From contig CAVUUR010000009.1 in NCBI GenBank assembly GCA_963744715.1, positions 1 through 64,000 of the forward strand: 64,000 nucleotides of DNA, written 5' to 3'. The stretch is from an uncultured bacterium (lineage in GTDB: Bacteria; Babelota; Babeliae; Babelales; JACPOV01). The notes beneath the pieces are model-generated. The model ran no database searches, was not told the origin of the DNA, and worked only from the letters and a program-made list of their open reading frames with translations. Below are positions 10,264 to 20,592 of this stretch, one piece after another. A program made the translations under genes and the position numbers. Every line of letters begins with the position of its first letter. Position 1 is the stretch's first letter.

Positions 10264-10920
10264 TTACACACAAGGTGCGGTTTGATGTAGAGTTTTTCTC
10301 CATGATGCATAGAGATATTTAGTGTATGTCCCCGCAGTATAGAGTAACGTCATCCCGCTGGCGTACAATAATCTTTCAATGGCAACGACGGGCATGAGCA
10401 TAATAAATAGTTCCGATTGCAAAGGAAGCAGATAAAGCCACAAAACTGAGCCGACTGCATGAGCAACGAAGGTGCTACCCAATGCGGTTAAAAAGGTATT
10501 AGTGTATGGTAGATAATAAAGAATTATAGGAATAAGCCAATAACTTGTGTAAAAAAAGGCCTGATTGCCAACAGGGTGAATAATAAATAGCGCCATACAC
10601 AATAAAGGAACGCCGCATCGCAAAATCCATGCAGCTGATCGCCAATAAGCGGATGCAAACATTGTAGGAATATGGTATGCTAATAAAGAATTGTGTATTG
10701 CGCCTGTAAAAAAGGCTTTGATTATCGTTAATAATCCAAAAATGATACTAATAAAAGTAAAATTGCCGCAAGCGCCAGATAAAGGCCCCACTAAGTTAAA
10801 TGCAGAAAAAAACGCTGCTTTTGATCCCCAGATAAGATTTACTTTAAAAAGGCTTGATAAACAGAGTACACTGGTAAATAAAGAGGCTGATAACCATAAA
10901 TGAATACGATTCATGAGCAT
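10264..10920 (-). CDS. polytopic membrane protein, unknown function
   Basis: 218 aa with about 6 hydrophobic segments, co-oriented with uppS-gpsA. Confidence 0.7.
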   Translation of the reverse strand: MLMNRIHLWLSASLFTSVLCLSSLFKVNLIWGSKAAFFSAFNLVGPLSGACGNFTFISIIFGLLTIIKAFFTGAIHNSLLAYHIPTMFASAYWRSAAWILRCGVPLLCMALFIIHPVGNQAFFYTSYWLIPIILYYLPYTNTFLTALGSTFVAHAVGSVLWLYLLPLQSELFIMLMPVVAIERLLYASGMTLLYTAGTYTKYLYASWRKTLHQTAPCV

Positions 10921-11007
10921 AGTGGAAACCCTATAAAAAGATTACTCAATAAAACAAGAACTAGCATACTACAAATAAGATTATTCAACAATATCGAAAG
11001 ATGACCA

Positions 11008-11682
11008 ATGCATTATCAAGCTATTATTTTTGATATGGATGGAACTATTATCGATACGGAACATATTTGGAAAAAAGCCACTGCTGATTTATTGATAAGT
11101 AGGGGTATAGCTATTGATGAGGTGCCGCAGTCTTTGCAAGAACGTTTGAACGGATTGGCTTTGCATGAAAGCTGTTTTATTATAAAAACGGTTTTTAATC
11201 TGCCGGATGAATTATCGGTGCTCATTCAAGAAAAATCTACTCGTGCCGTTACCCTCTATCAGCAAGAAGTTAGATTTGTTAAGGGATTTATAGATTTTCA
11301 TACAAAAGCTGTTAGCGCTTACCGTTTAAAAACGGGGATAGCAACTAATGCTAACGATGAAACCGTCGCTGTTACTAATAAAGTACTTAACTTATCACAA
11401 TATTTTGGCTCACATATTTATCCGATATCATGCGTGGATAATAAAGGAAAACCAGATCCTGCAATTTATCTTCACGTTGCAAAACAATTGGGAACTGATC
11501 CTAAACATTGTATTGCGATAGAAGATTCTGCTCATGGCGTACAGTCTGCTAAAAAAGCGGGTATGTATTGCATAGGAATAAATACGAGTAAAAGCAAAAT
11601 TCAACTACAAGAAGCGCATTCTATTGTTGAAGGATATGAGGAAATTAATTTAGAGAATGTGCTGAGCGTAAAAAATCATTAG
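11008..11682 (+). CDS. HAD-family phosphatase (beta-PGM/CbbY-like)
   Basis: FDMDGT, ATN, GKPDPAIY, IEDS..GV. Confidence 0.9.
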   Translation: MHYQAIIFDMDGTIIDTEHIWKKATADLLISRGIAIDEVPQSLQERLNGLALHESCFIIKTVFNLPDELSVLIQEKSTRAVTLYQQEVRFVKGFIDFHTKAVSAYRLKTGIATNANDETVAVTNKVLNLSQYFGSHIYPISCVDNKGKPDPAIYLHVAKQLGTDPKHCIAIEDSAHGVQSAKKAGMYCIGINTSKSKIQLQEAHSIVEGYEEINLENVLSVKNH

Positions 11683-11758
11683 TATTGTATTTTTATGAAA
11701 CTACGGTATGATTGGCAACGAAAAAATAATTTAGGTTTTTTAAAAGAAATAGGATGCC

Positions 11759-12196
11759 ATGAAGAAATTATTATTTTGTTGCTTGTTAAGTGGTAATATC
11801 GCTCTAGGTATGAAAATATCTTATGATCCAATAAATGGAAATCAAGAAGGATTGTGGCTTTCTTTTAAAATAGACCTTCCTGAATCAGACGTTCCACTTT
11901 TTGATGCGGTTAGTAATGCATCGTATAATACTAAAGAAAGAAACCAAAAAATTAAAGCAGCTGTTCTTGCGGGTTCGAACCCTAATCAACATTATTTCAA
12001 TTCCCTTTTTTATGCAGTGGCATCGAGAAATCTTAACCTCGCTGTTTTTATCGTTCAACATGGTGGTGATATGAGCTTTGTAGGGCAATCAGGCTTTTCT
12101 GCCAAAAGTTATATCGAGTCCAACTTTACCCCTCGAAAACGAAATAATTTTTTGAAGAAACTGGAATACAAGAAAACTGAACAAGAAGTTTCTTAG
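11759..12196 (+). CDS. secreted ankyrin-repeat protein
   Basis: Signal peptide MKKLLFCCLL; ankyrin-like SLFYAVASRNLNLAVFIVQHGGD. Confidence 0.7.
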   Translation: MKKLLFCCLLSGNIALGMKISYDPINGNQEGLWLSFKIDLPESDVPLFDAVSNASYNTKERNQKIKAAVLAGSNPNQHYFNSLFYAVASRNLNLAVFIVQHGGDMSFVGQSGFSAKSYIESNFTPRKRNNFLKKLEYKKTEQEVS

Positions 12197-12270
12197 TTTT
12201 TTAATATAAAATATATTTTATGGTTGATGAAAAACTGAATGTAGTTTTTTCTACAAGGAAAATAAGCATT

Positions 12271-12723
12271 ATGAAAAAATTACTACTTTTTTGTATACTG
12301 AGCAGCAGCGTTGCTATGGGCATGGAAATGCCTTATGATCCAGCAGAAGCTTGCTTACACAACGATTTTTTTTCTGCTATTAAAAAGGGCGATATGCGAG
12401 AAGCAACAAGCTTGCTGGAGGAATGTAGAATTGACCCAAATATACAAGATCAACATAAGAGAACTCCTCTCATGTATGCAGTGTTGAGACGTGATGAAAC
12501 ATTAGTTAATTTTTTATTGGAGTATGGAGCAGACCAATACTTGTGTGATACTGCAGGTTATAATGCTCAACGTATGGCTTTTGAAAGAGATTGTTGTGGC
12601 ATGATTGCTATTTTTAAAGCATTTTCTTATAGAGATGCCACTAATTTCCGATATAAGCAGACGCAAAAATATGCTAAAAACCGACAAGATTCGCTTAGAT
12701 ATCTGGAAGATAATACTCATTAA
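12271..12723 (+). CDS. secreted ankyrin-repeat protein
   Basis: Signal peptide MKKLLLFCIL; TPLMYAV...LVNFLLEYGAD. Confidence 0.85.
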   Translation: MKKLLLFCILSSSVAMGMEMPYDPAEACLHNDFFSAIKKGDMREATSLLEECRIDPNIQDQHKRTPLMYAVLRRDETLVNFLLEYGADQYLCDTAGYNAQRMAFERDCCGMIAIFKAFSYRDATNFRYKQTQKYAKNRQDSLRYLEDNTH

Positions 12724-12725
12724 CG

Positions 12726-13403
12726 TTACGTATTTTTTATGTGCATAATATGATTGATTATTTCTTGGTTGTTATCAATAACGGTAATAAGATCTTTATA
12801 ATCGTTTAAAATATATCCTTGGTGCACAGCCTGTTGGAACCATGTTAACAACGAGTACCAGTAATCTGTGCCGACTAAAATTATCGGTTTTTTTGGTATT
12901 TTTTTTGCTTTTATAAGATTGAGTACCTCGGTTAACTCGTTGAGTGTTCCAATACCTCCGGGAAAAATGATATACATATCAGAGTACTTAATTAAAAGCC
13001 ATGTGCGCGTACCAAAATCTGCAACGGAGTATGTTTTGCAGCCGGATTTTGATACAAACGTTGCATCAACCCCCCGCACTCCTATGCCAATAAAATTCCA
13101 ATAGGCCTTGCCGCCGGCAGATGCTGCGCCCAATAATCCTGCTTCCATAATACCTGGGCCGCCACCCGTTATAATTGAATAATTATTACGAATTAATTGT
13201 GCGGAAAGTTGCTGTGCTTGTACAAAATAGGGAGCATTAATATCAACATTTCTGCCGCCAAAAATGGTAATAATGGGTGTATGTAACTGATGTAGGTGCC
13301 ATAAACAACGTGCAACGCTAGGATATGCTCTCATAATGTTCCATAAATCTTTTGCATATGGTATTAACACATTATTCCTTAAACATATGTTTACATTTTT
13401 CAC
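12726..13403 (-). CDS. LOG-family (TIGR00730-like) nucleotide phosphoribohydrolase
   Basis: ITGGGPGIMEA, FPGGIGTLNEL. Confidence 0.9.
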   Translation of the reverse strand: MKNVNICLRNNVLIPYAKDLWNIMRAYPSVARCLWHLHQLHTPIITIFGGRNVDINAPYFVQAQQLSAQLIRNNYSIITGGGPGIMEAGLLGAASAGGKAYWNFIGIGVRGVDATFVSKSGCKTYSVADFGTRTWLLIKYSDMYIIFPGGIGTLNELTEVLNLIKAKKIPKKPIILVGTDYWYSLLTWFQQAVHQGYILNDYKDLITVIDNNQEIINHIMHIKNT

Positions 13404-14052
13404 ATTGTTCTATTAAAAATTGTACCGCTTGATCTAGATCATCAGTAGTCTGTAACATTGCTAAATCGGCTGCGCTCACTAATCCATTTTTAAAAGAATA
13501 ATCATGAAGCCAGGTAATAAAAGGCTGCCAATAATCTTTACCTATTAATACAACGGGAACGCCAGGTAAATTTTTAGTTTGCATCAAGGTTAATACTTCA
13601 GTTAATTCATCTAAGGTGCCAAAACCACCGGGAAATACTGCAAATGCAATGGAATAATTACTCATTAACCACTTACGTGCAAAAAAATAATCGAGAACAA
13701 TATAATCTTCTACGCATTTATTGATTGGTTCTTCTTTATTTATCCCTTTTACGGTAATGCCCAAAGTTCGTGACTTTAATCGATTTCGTTTATCTTCATA
13801 AGCGCCACAACTAGCTGCTTGCATAATGCCAGGTCCACCACCAGTAATTACTGAAATATTTGATTCAACTAATTTATGAGCTAATTCATGAGCTTGAGAA
13901 GCATAACGATTATCTTGTGGAAAACGAGCGCCTCCAAAAACGGTTATTATTGGATGTGGTAACTGAGCAACTTTCCAAACGCCATAAAATAGCTGTACCG
14001 TTATTTTTATAATATTTTTTAATAATACTGCGTACGCGCGTAGTAAACGCAT
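13372..14052 (-). CDS. LOG-family (TIGR00730-like) nucleotide phosphoribohydrolase
   Basis: ITGGGPGIMQA, YFFARK, FPGGFGTLDEL. Confidence 0.92.
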   Translation of the reverse strand: MRLLRAYAVLLKNIIKITVQLFYGVWKVAQLPHPIITVFGGARFPQDNRYASQAHELAHKLVESNISVITGGGPGIMQAASCGAYEDKRNRLKSRTLGITVKGINKEEPINKCVEDYIVLDYFFARKWLMSNYSIAFAVFPGGFGTLDELTEVLTLMQTKNLPGVPVVLIGKDYWQPFITWLHDYSFKNGLVSAADLAMLQTTDDLDQAVQFLIEQCEKCKHMFKE

Positions 14053-14078
14053 GCAAGCTCCTTTTTTATGAATGCATT

Positions 14079-15245
14079 TTACAATGCATCAATCATAAAT
14101 AATTGATCAAATGACATAAAACGATAGTATGTGTTTCTTTTTATCCATTCTGGCATTACTCGTTGTGCATACTCAAGAAAAAATTTTAGGCCTATTCGGT
14201 GTTCGTTATTACCTAAAGGATCGATATAGTTCTCCGGAAAAGCTATGCCGATACCAAAAAGGCGTTCTGCGATGACGCCTGAACGATCGTCATACGTAAT
14301 TTCTTGCATGCCATTAATGAGAGGTAATTCGTTGCGTTCAAAACCCACCGCATAAATAATTTTATTGCAGGTCGGTAACCATGCATCGAGTGCTTGCTGG
14401 GTATTAAAAATGCGAATTATAGAAATAGGAGGATTTTTTTCTAATACATTTTTTGCCCATTCAGCGGTGCTTGCCTTTAATCCTTCTGCATGAAAAATCC
14501 AACTACCCATATCAACAGAATACACCAATGGTTTTTTATAAAAATTAATAATGCGTTGTACTTTTAATTCATGCAAAAATTTTAATAATAATACCGCAGA
14601 ATGAGAGCTGCCTATTACCGCAATAGAATCAGTGGCTTGCACATGTTCAGCTAATAACGATTTATTTAATGCGATATCGAGCGGAATTTTATGGTTACAA
14701 TCATAATTCAATGTTCGTGGATGAGAACCGGTTGCTAAAACTACCGAATAGGCTTGAATAGTATCTCCTTGAATACCAACATTCCAAAGATTGTTTTCAA
14801 AATACAAAGAAATTAATGTATTTTTTACTACCGTAACTTTTGAAGATAAATAATTCGTAATATCTTGCAGCGGTTCAACAATAATATGTAAAGGGTAAGC
14901 TTTTTCACGATCATACGTATATAATGCATTCAAGGATTGTGATGAACATTCCTGAAAAATTTTACATCCTTGTATAAAATCAATATACATTTGTGTTTTT
15001 GCATTGCCCGGTATGCTGGTATAATATTGACCCAACCTTCCTGCATTAAATTCCGGATCAATCCAGGTAATATTATTGCCGGGTACTCCTAAATCAAGAA
15101 GCAATCCCACGGTAAGAATACCCGCCGGGCCCGCGCCAACGACAGCCCATGTTTTTTGTAATGGATCATCGGTAGTGGCAATCTCTTGTGCATGCGTGTA
15201 CGTTACTAACGCAAGCAGATGAAGGCATAGTACTTTTTTTATCAT
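14079..15245 (-). CDS. FAD/NAD(P)-binding oxidoreductase with N-terminal signal peptide
   Basis: VVGAGPAG, LATGS, VIGSSHS; hydrophobic N-terminus ending THA. Confidence 0.8.
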   Translation of the reverse strand: MIKKVLCLHLLALVTYTHAQEIATTDDPLQKTWAVVGAGPAGILTVGLLLDLGVPGNNITWIDPEFNAGRLGQYYTSIPGNAKTQMYIDFIQGCKIFQECSSQSLNALYTYDREKAYPLHIIVEPLQDITNYLSSKVTVVKNTLISLYFENNLWNVGIQGDTIQAYSVVLATGSHPRTLNYDCNHKIPLDIALNKSLLAEHVQATDSIAVIGSSHSAVLLLKFLHELKVQRIINFYKKPLVYSVDMGSWIFHAEGLKASTAEWAKNVLEKNPPISIIRIFNTQQALDAWLPTCNKIIYAVGFERNELPLINGMQEITYDDRSGVIAERLFGIGIAFPENYIDPLGNNEHRIGLKFFLEYAQRVMPEWIKRNTYYRFMSFDQLFMIDAL

Positions 15246-15472
15246 AGCGATCTCTTTTTTTACTATTTTTTTTCATTACCTACAAGAATTATGTACTGTT
15301 AGTATCAATTAAAGAGAATGTTTGATGCAATGATTTTATAGCGTATAAGAACCAAGGCCTAAGAAATTAAAAAAAATTTACATTATTTTTAGCTACCTTG
15401 AGTGATGAGAAAAATTCAAAACTTTTTTTATTGACTAAAAATAATAGTTTTTTTTATATAAACTTATCCTAA

Positions 15473-15500
15473 TTGACATTTATTTATTTATAGGTATACT
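15473..15500 (+). promoter_or_regulatory. sigma70-type promoter
   Basis: TTGACA-16 nt-TATACT upstream of 15591. Confidence 0.55.
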
Positions 15501-15590
15501 AATAAAAGATACTGTAGAAAGGGGCAAAATAGCCTTGTTTTTTATGGGGTAGATATTTTTTATTTTAAACAACACACAAAGGATATTTTT

Positions 15591-16211
15591 ATGCAAAAAA
15601 TATTATTAATGATAACCATATTAATGCTCGCGCCTCAATTAGGTGCTATGGAGGTTTCTGATGAAACAAAGGCATTAATTACTGCTCTTCAAGATATGCA
15701 TCCGGAAAGCCGTAATTCTAGAAATGCAGAAAATCGAATGGAGCAAGTCTGCAAAAATAACGTTGAAGTAACACTGTGGGAAGATGAGCAACAAGCAATT
15801 AAACAAGAATTAGACAAAACAGTAAATGCAATTAACGCAACGGCTACCTTCACACCATGGCAAGCAACCAAAACGTGGGCACATAGCTTTGTTACTAGCC
15901 CATTTTTATACGTTGCTGCAGCGTGTGGAATCACCGGTTATGCACTTAACAATGGATACATAACCAAAGATATCGTTGCGCCTTACATTAATGCAAAAAC
16001 ACTGGCTGCTATAACACCATTAGCTTTAGCAACTACCGCTCAAGTAGCGACTGCAGGAACATTGGCTCATGCAACGTATAATACGTATTCTGCATACGAC
16101 TTTGTACGTAAACACAAATCCCATTATGAATTATGTAATAATGCAACTATAGGCAAGATAAATCGTCTTTATAGCCCATTTATAAATGGACCAAAGGGCT
16201 GGCGCAGTTAA
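15591..16211 (+). CDS. secreted hypothetical protein with internal hydrophobic segments
   Basis: 206 aa ORF, RBS, signal peptide ending LGA-ME. Confidence 0.75.
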   Translation: MQKILLMITILMLAPQLGAMEVSDETKALITALQDMHPESRNSRNAENRMEQVCKNNVEVTLWEDEQQAIKQELDKTVNAINATATFTPWQATKTWAHSFVTSPFLYVAAACGITGYALNNGYITKDIVAPYINAKTLAAITPLALATTAQVATAGTLAHATYNTYSAYDFVRKHKSHYELCNNATIGKINRLYSPFINGPKGWRS

Positions 16212-16263
16212 CAAATTATTTAACTCTAACTTGGCCACGTTGCCATAATTTTGTAATAAAAAA

Positions 16264-16352
16264 TCTCCATGGTATTTCATGGCAGATGAAACAAGCTCAA
16301 AAATATCATGGAGAATGCAGTCAAATTTATTTCTCAGACTGTATTCTCCATG
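16264..16352. terminator. overlapping inverted repeats between convergent genes
   Basis: 16264-16277 pairs with 16301-16314; 16307-16322 pairs with 16337-16352 (one G-U each). Confidence 0.55.
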
Positions 16353-16380
16353 GACAAATTCTAGATTCTTAAAACACTAC

Positions 16381-18723
16381 TTAACTGACATTCAATGCTA
16401 CCGATAATGTCTCTAAACTTTTTTTTAATGACAGTAGTGTTTCTTGTAATTGCTGTAAATTAGTTGACGTTTCGGGTTGTTTGGGTTGTTCGGCTTTTTC
16501 TAATAATCCTCGAACTTCAGGAGATATTGCATAATAAAGAGCAGTTTTATCGAAGTTATTTTTAATGTCGATCTTTGCTCCTGAATCTAGTAAAATTTTT
16601 ATTATTTTTGTATTGTCCATCTGAACGGCATCTATAAGTGCTGTGTTGCCGTCGCTACGTTGAATATTGACATCCGGTTTGTAGAGCAATAAAGGCACTA
16701 GTAGGTTATAATTTTTAGATAAAACGGCAAGCATTAAAGGTGTATATCCCAACTGAGTTTGGAGATTAATAGATGATGGATCTTTCAATAGTAGTGATTT
16801 AATCATTTCTTCGGAGCCGAATGCTGCGACAAAATGTATTAATGACCAGGCATCGGAACTATCAAAACCATGCGCCTTATCATTGAAAAATTTTTTAATC
16901 CAGCTATCACTGGAAATTTTAAGCAGTTCAGAACCATTAACATGAGGCAATAATTCAGTAAAAACATTCATATTTTTTTGAGTTATTGCGCGAATTATTC
17001 CTTCTCCTATTGCGTGAATTTTTTTTAAAAGCGCTATATCAGATGGATTGGCTAATGTTTTTTTTATGAATTCAATGGAAGATTGATCGCCCGTTAAGCA
17101 TGCGGTTAAAAATTTGGTTGTTAATTCTTTTGCTATTTGATCTGGTGTTTTGGGTTCCTCTGGTTTTGTGGCATTTCTTAATAATTCTTGAATTTCGGGA
17201 GATTTTGCATAATCGAGTGCAGTTTTATTGAACTTATTTTTAATATCTACCTTTGCTCCTGAATCTAGTAAAAGTTTTACTATTTCTTCATTATTCGCTT
17301 GAACGGCAGATATAAGCGCCGTGTGGCCTTTGGTATCCTGAATATTTAAGTTTGGCTTATCTTGCAATAAAGATATTACGATTTGATTATTTTGAAATAA
17401 AACAGCAAGTATTAAGGGGCTGAATCCCAATTGGGTTTGGAGATTAATAGACGATGGATCTTTCAATAGCAATGGTTTAATCATTTCTGGAGAGCCGAAT
17501 GCTGCCGCAAAATGTATTAGTGACCAGGAATCGGAAATATTAAAACCTCGCGCCTTATTATTGAAAAATTTTGTAATCCAATCGTTGGAAGGTATAAATA
17601 TTTTAAAGGCGTCTACATAGGGTAATAATACCGTAAAAACATTCATATTTTTTTGAGTTATTGCACGAACTATTCCTTCTTCTATTGCATGAAATTTTTT
17701 TAAAAGCGCTATATCCGATTGGTTTGATAATGTTTTTTTTATGAATTCAATGGATGATTGATCGCCCGTCAAGCATGCTGTTAAAAATTTGTCTATTAAT
17801 CCCGTTTTGATTTGGTCTGTGGCTTTTCTTAATAATTCTTGAATGCCACGAGATGCTGCATAATCAAGAGCGGTGTGATCGCGAATATCTTTAATGTCGA
17901 CCTTTGCTCCTGAATCTAGTAAAGTTTTTACTATTTTTTCATCGCCGTATCGAGCTGCAAACATAAGTGCCGTTTCACCATCCGACTCTTGAAGATTTAT
18001 AAGCTCTTTATTGTGATTCAATAAATATTGCAATGTATCATAGTTTTTAAATAAAATTGCAAGCTTTAAAGGGGTAAGTCCTAGTTTAGTTTTTTCGTTA
18101 ACAAGGGATGGTTTTATAGCCATTAATTGTTCAACCATTTGTGGATAACCAAATGCTGCTGCAAAATGTATTAATAACCAAGAATCGGAAGTATCAAGAT
18201 TAGGTGCATATTTTGTAAAAAAATTTTGAACCAAATAGATATAATCAAAAAGCTTAAAGCTTTCTGAAACATCAAACTGATGTAATATTGAAGTAAAATA
18301 CGACATTTCTTTGTGTGTTATTGCATAGATTATTGTTACTCGTGGCAATTTCTGCACTTTTGATTGGTCATATAGTTGTCTGTTTTTTTGATCGCTCAAC
18401 AAATCATGTGCTGCATTTATTTTTTTAAATTGTTCGGTTACTTTACTTACTTCGTCTTCAAGTTCTTTTTTACCCGGATTTTTGGTTGTGTCTATGCCTT
18501 CTTCCTTAAATTTTTTTTCAATTATTGGTACCAGTTTATCGGGATGGGATTTTAGTGCCAATTTTTTATAGGCTTTGTTAATTTCCTCTGCAGTGGTATT
18601 TTGTTCAATTCCTAATACTTCATAGGGGGTTTCGGCGTAAGGCCAGTTTAGTTTTGGTTGCATGCCGTAGAGTATCTGCGCATTACTAATAAGAAACGTT
18701 GCCATTACAAGTATTTTAATCAT
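16381..18723 (-). CDS. secreted DnaJ-domain plus ankyrin-repeat protein with internal module duplication
   Basis: PYEVLGI...[16 protein letters not shown]; multiple G.TAL..A...[11 protein letters not shown] ankyrin repeats; signal peptide. Confidence 0.92.
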   Translation of the reverse strand: MIKILVMATFLISNAQILYGMQPKLNWPYAETPYEVLGIEQNTTAEEINKAYKKLALKSHPDKLVPIIEKKFKEEGIDTTKNPGKKELEDEVSKVTEQFKKINAAHDLLSDQKNRQLYDQSKVQKLPRVTIIYAITHKEMSYFTSILHQFDVSESFKLFDYIYLVQNFFTKYAPNLDTSDSWLLIHFAAAFGYPQMVEQLMAIKPSLVNEKTKLGLTPLKLAILFKNYDTLQYLLNHNKELINLQESDGETALMFAARYGDEKIVKTLLDSGAKVDIKDIRDHTALDYAASRGIQELLRKATDQIKTGLIDKFLTACLTGDQSSIEFIKKTLSNQSDIALLKKFHAIEEGIVRAITQKNMNVFTVLLPYVDAFKIFIPSNDWITKFFNNKARGFNISDSWSLIHFAAAFGSPEMIKPLLLKDPSSINLQTQLGFSPLILAVLFQNNQIVISLLQDKPNLNIQDTKGHTALISAVQANNEEIVKLLLDSGAKVDIKNKFNKTALDYAKSPEIQELLRNATKPEEPKTPDQIAKELTTKFLTACLTGDQSSIEFIKKTLANPSDIALLKKIHAIGEGIIRAITQKNMNVFTELLPHVNGSELLKISSDSWIKKFFNDKAHGFDSSDAWSLIHFVAAFGSEEMIKSLLLKDPSSINLQTQLGYTPLMLAVLSKNYNLLVPLLLYKPDVNIQRSDGNTALIDAVQMDNTKIIKILLDSGAKIDIKNNFDKTALYYAISPEVRGLLEKAEQPKQPETSTNLQQLQETLLSLKKSLETLSVALNVS

Positions 18724-18817
18724 AATAAATCTCCTTTTAACAAAAAATATACGTATAGGAGATTAATGAAAGCAATAAAAGAGGAAGATTTCTCAGTGGT
18801 TTTTAAAAACCACGCAT

Positions 18818-19609
18818 CTAAATACCCAATTGCGATAGATCATTGAGCAATTGTTCATTATTTTGATAATGAATGCCAATAATGCCACATTGTGCAGCAC
18901 TGATAACATTTTTTAGTCTATCGTCAGTAAATACGAGGGTGCTATAATCTATCTGCTGTTCATGAAGAGCATCTTTGAGACCTTCATAATAATCATGATG
19001 CGGTTTTACCATAAACTTATTGGGATAATAATCTTTTGTATAAATAACGGTATAAATATTTTCAGGCACGGTGCCACTACGCATTAATGATTCAAACGTA
19101 TAGCGGTCTTGATTAGTTGCTATAGCGATACGATAATTTCGTTTATGTAAATCATGCAGTAACGCAATCGTTGTTTCAATAGGAGTTCCTTTGGTTATAA
19201 GGTCTTTAATGCGTTCAGCGGAACTTTTACCCGAAATAGTTTTTTGTTGCATGACCGGATTATGTTCTGCAATCCAATCAATAAGTTGAGGTAACGTCAT
19301 TTTTTTGTTGTTTTGTAGCATGGTTCTACAATTATAACCGAGCCAAACCATGGTTTTACCTATCGACCATTTATCCGGATATTCTTTGATGAGTTGTTTC
19401 CATTCTTGTAATTTTTCTTTCGTGAATTGCTTGCGACTGACCATTACCTCATCAACGTCAAAAGCTATAACGGTTGTGGAAGGGTTAAGAGTAATACCTG
19501 ATTGCTTGTATTGCTCCGGATAGATAATAACTGCATGGTTGCTACCGGTAATAAAAGATATCGTAAGCAGCGTTAATGCTATTTTTTTGAAAAATGTACT
19601 GGCAAACAT
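18818..19609 (-). CDS. HAD-superfamily hydrolase with signal peptide
   Basis: AFDVDEV, ATN, VKP, FTDD; RBS aaggag before ATG 19609. Confidence 0.8.
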   Translation of the reverse strand: MFASTFFKKIALTLLTISFITGSNHAVIIYPEQYKQSGITLNPSTTVIAFDVDEVMVSRKQFTKEKLQEWKQLIKEYPDKWSIGKTMVWLGYNCRTMLQNNKKMTLPQLIDWIAEHNPVMQQKTISGKSSAERIKDLITKGTPIETTIALLHDLHKRNYRIAIATNQDRYTFESLMRSGTVPENIYTVIYTKDYYPNKFMVKPHHDYYEGLKDALHEQQIDYSTLVFTDDRLKNVISAAQCGIIGIHYQNNEQLLNDLSQLGI

Positions 19610-19797
19610 GATCGCTCCTTTGTTTAAAAATTCTATTTGAATGAAAATTATCAATATATTTACTAAAATAACATTATTAGAGAAATAATCAACCGCCCTA
19701 ACGTTGAAAATAAGTCATTAACAACGGATATTGCTAAAAAAAGATTTTAGTCGCAATGCTTGGATAGCGCTTCCTAATCGATATATACCCACCCCTT

Positions 19798-19825
19798 TTG
19801 ACAATAAATTATGCTGCTTTACACT
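19798..19825 (+). promoter_or_regulatory. sigma70-type promoter
   Basis: TTGACA-16 nt-TACACT upstream of the 19892 ORF. Confidence 0.45.
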
Positions 19826-19891
19826 ATAGAGTATGATAAATGAAGAAATATTGATAAAAAATAATAATTCTTATCTATGGAGGAAACATCA

Positions 19892-20389
19892 ATGAAAATG
19901 TCTTCATTGAAAACTAGTTACGCAATGAGTATAGTACTTTTTTTCATACTATACGGAACAACAACTATTCAGATGGTTGCTGCACAGAAAGTCATACAGA
20001 AAAAAGCGAGCACAGTTCCAAGACAACCTGTAGCACATTCTGGAGAAACAAAACCAGTACAAACTATTGAACAGTCGATTACGGTTCTTTTAGAAGAATG
20101 TTTCGACATCTCAAACAAACAATCCTTTGTCTACTTTATTGATCAATTAGTTATTCTTGTTGAGAATAATCAAGGCGCTTTGCACACGGTTATCAAAGAT
20201 CCAAAAATAAAAAATAAAGGTCAATTTATCCATGATTTTGTTCGCCAGCTCAAAAAAATAAGAAATTTGCGGGATGCGAGGAGCATTGGCCAATCGTTAC
20301 TAGAATATAAAATATTCATGCCCGAAATCTTACGAAATAAGGGCTCTCGTGAATTACTTAAGATTCTTGAGTACCGACTATCTTGTTAA
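19892..20389 (+). CDS. hypothetical protein with N-terminal hydrophobic segment
   Basis: ORF with GGAGG RBS; no recognised motif. Confidence 0.65.
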   Translation: MKMSSLKTSYAMSIVLFFILYGTTTIQMVAAQKVIQKKASTVPRQPVAHSGETKPVQTIEQSITVLLEECFDISNKQSFVYFIDQLVILVENNQGALHTVIKDPKIKNKGQFIHDFVRQLKKIRNLRDARSIGQSLLEYKIFMPEILRNKGSRELLKILEYRLSC

Positions 20390-20491
20390 AGCAAAATTAC
20401 CATGATTTTTATCCATAACCCATTGTAGTTAGTTTTCATCCTGAGTAATAAAAAAGTTGAGATTTTTAAAGCACTGTTGATGAGATGATGA

Positions 20492-20520
20492 TTGATACCT
20501 CCGTGAGGTTAGGTTATACT
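20492..20520 (+). promoter_or_regulatory. sigma70-type promoter of mnmG
   Basis: TTGATA-17 nt-TATACT. Confidence 0.6.
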
Positions 20521-20521
20521 G

Positions 20522-20561
20522 TCCTTAGGGCATTTTTTATGAATGTCCTAAGGATTTTTTT
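20522..20561 (+). terminator. intrinsic terminator-like hairpin upstream of mnmG
   Basis: tccttagggcatt / aatgtcctaagga stem followed by T7. Confidence 0.6.
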
Positions 20562-20592
20562 AATGTAAATAATTAGTAGATTAATTGAATGT

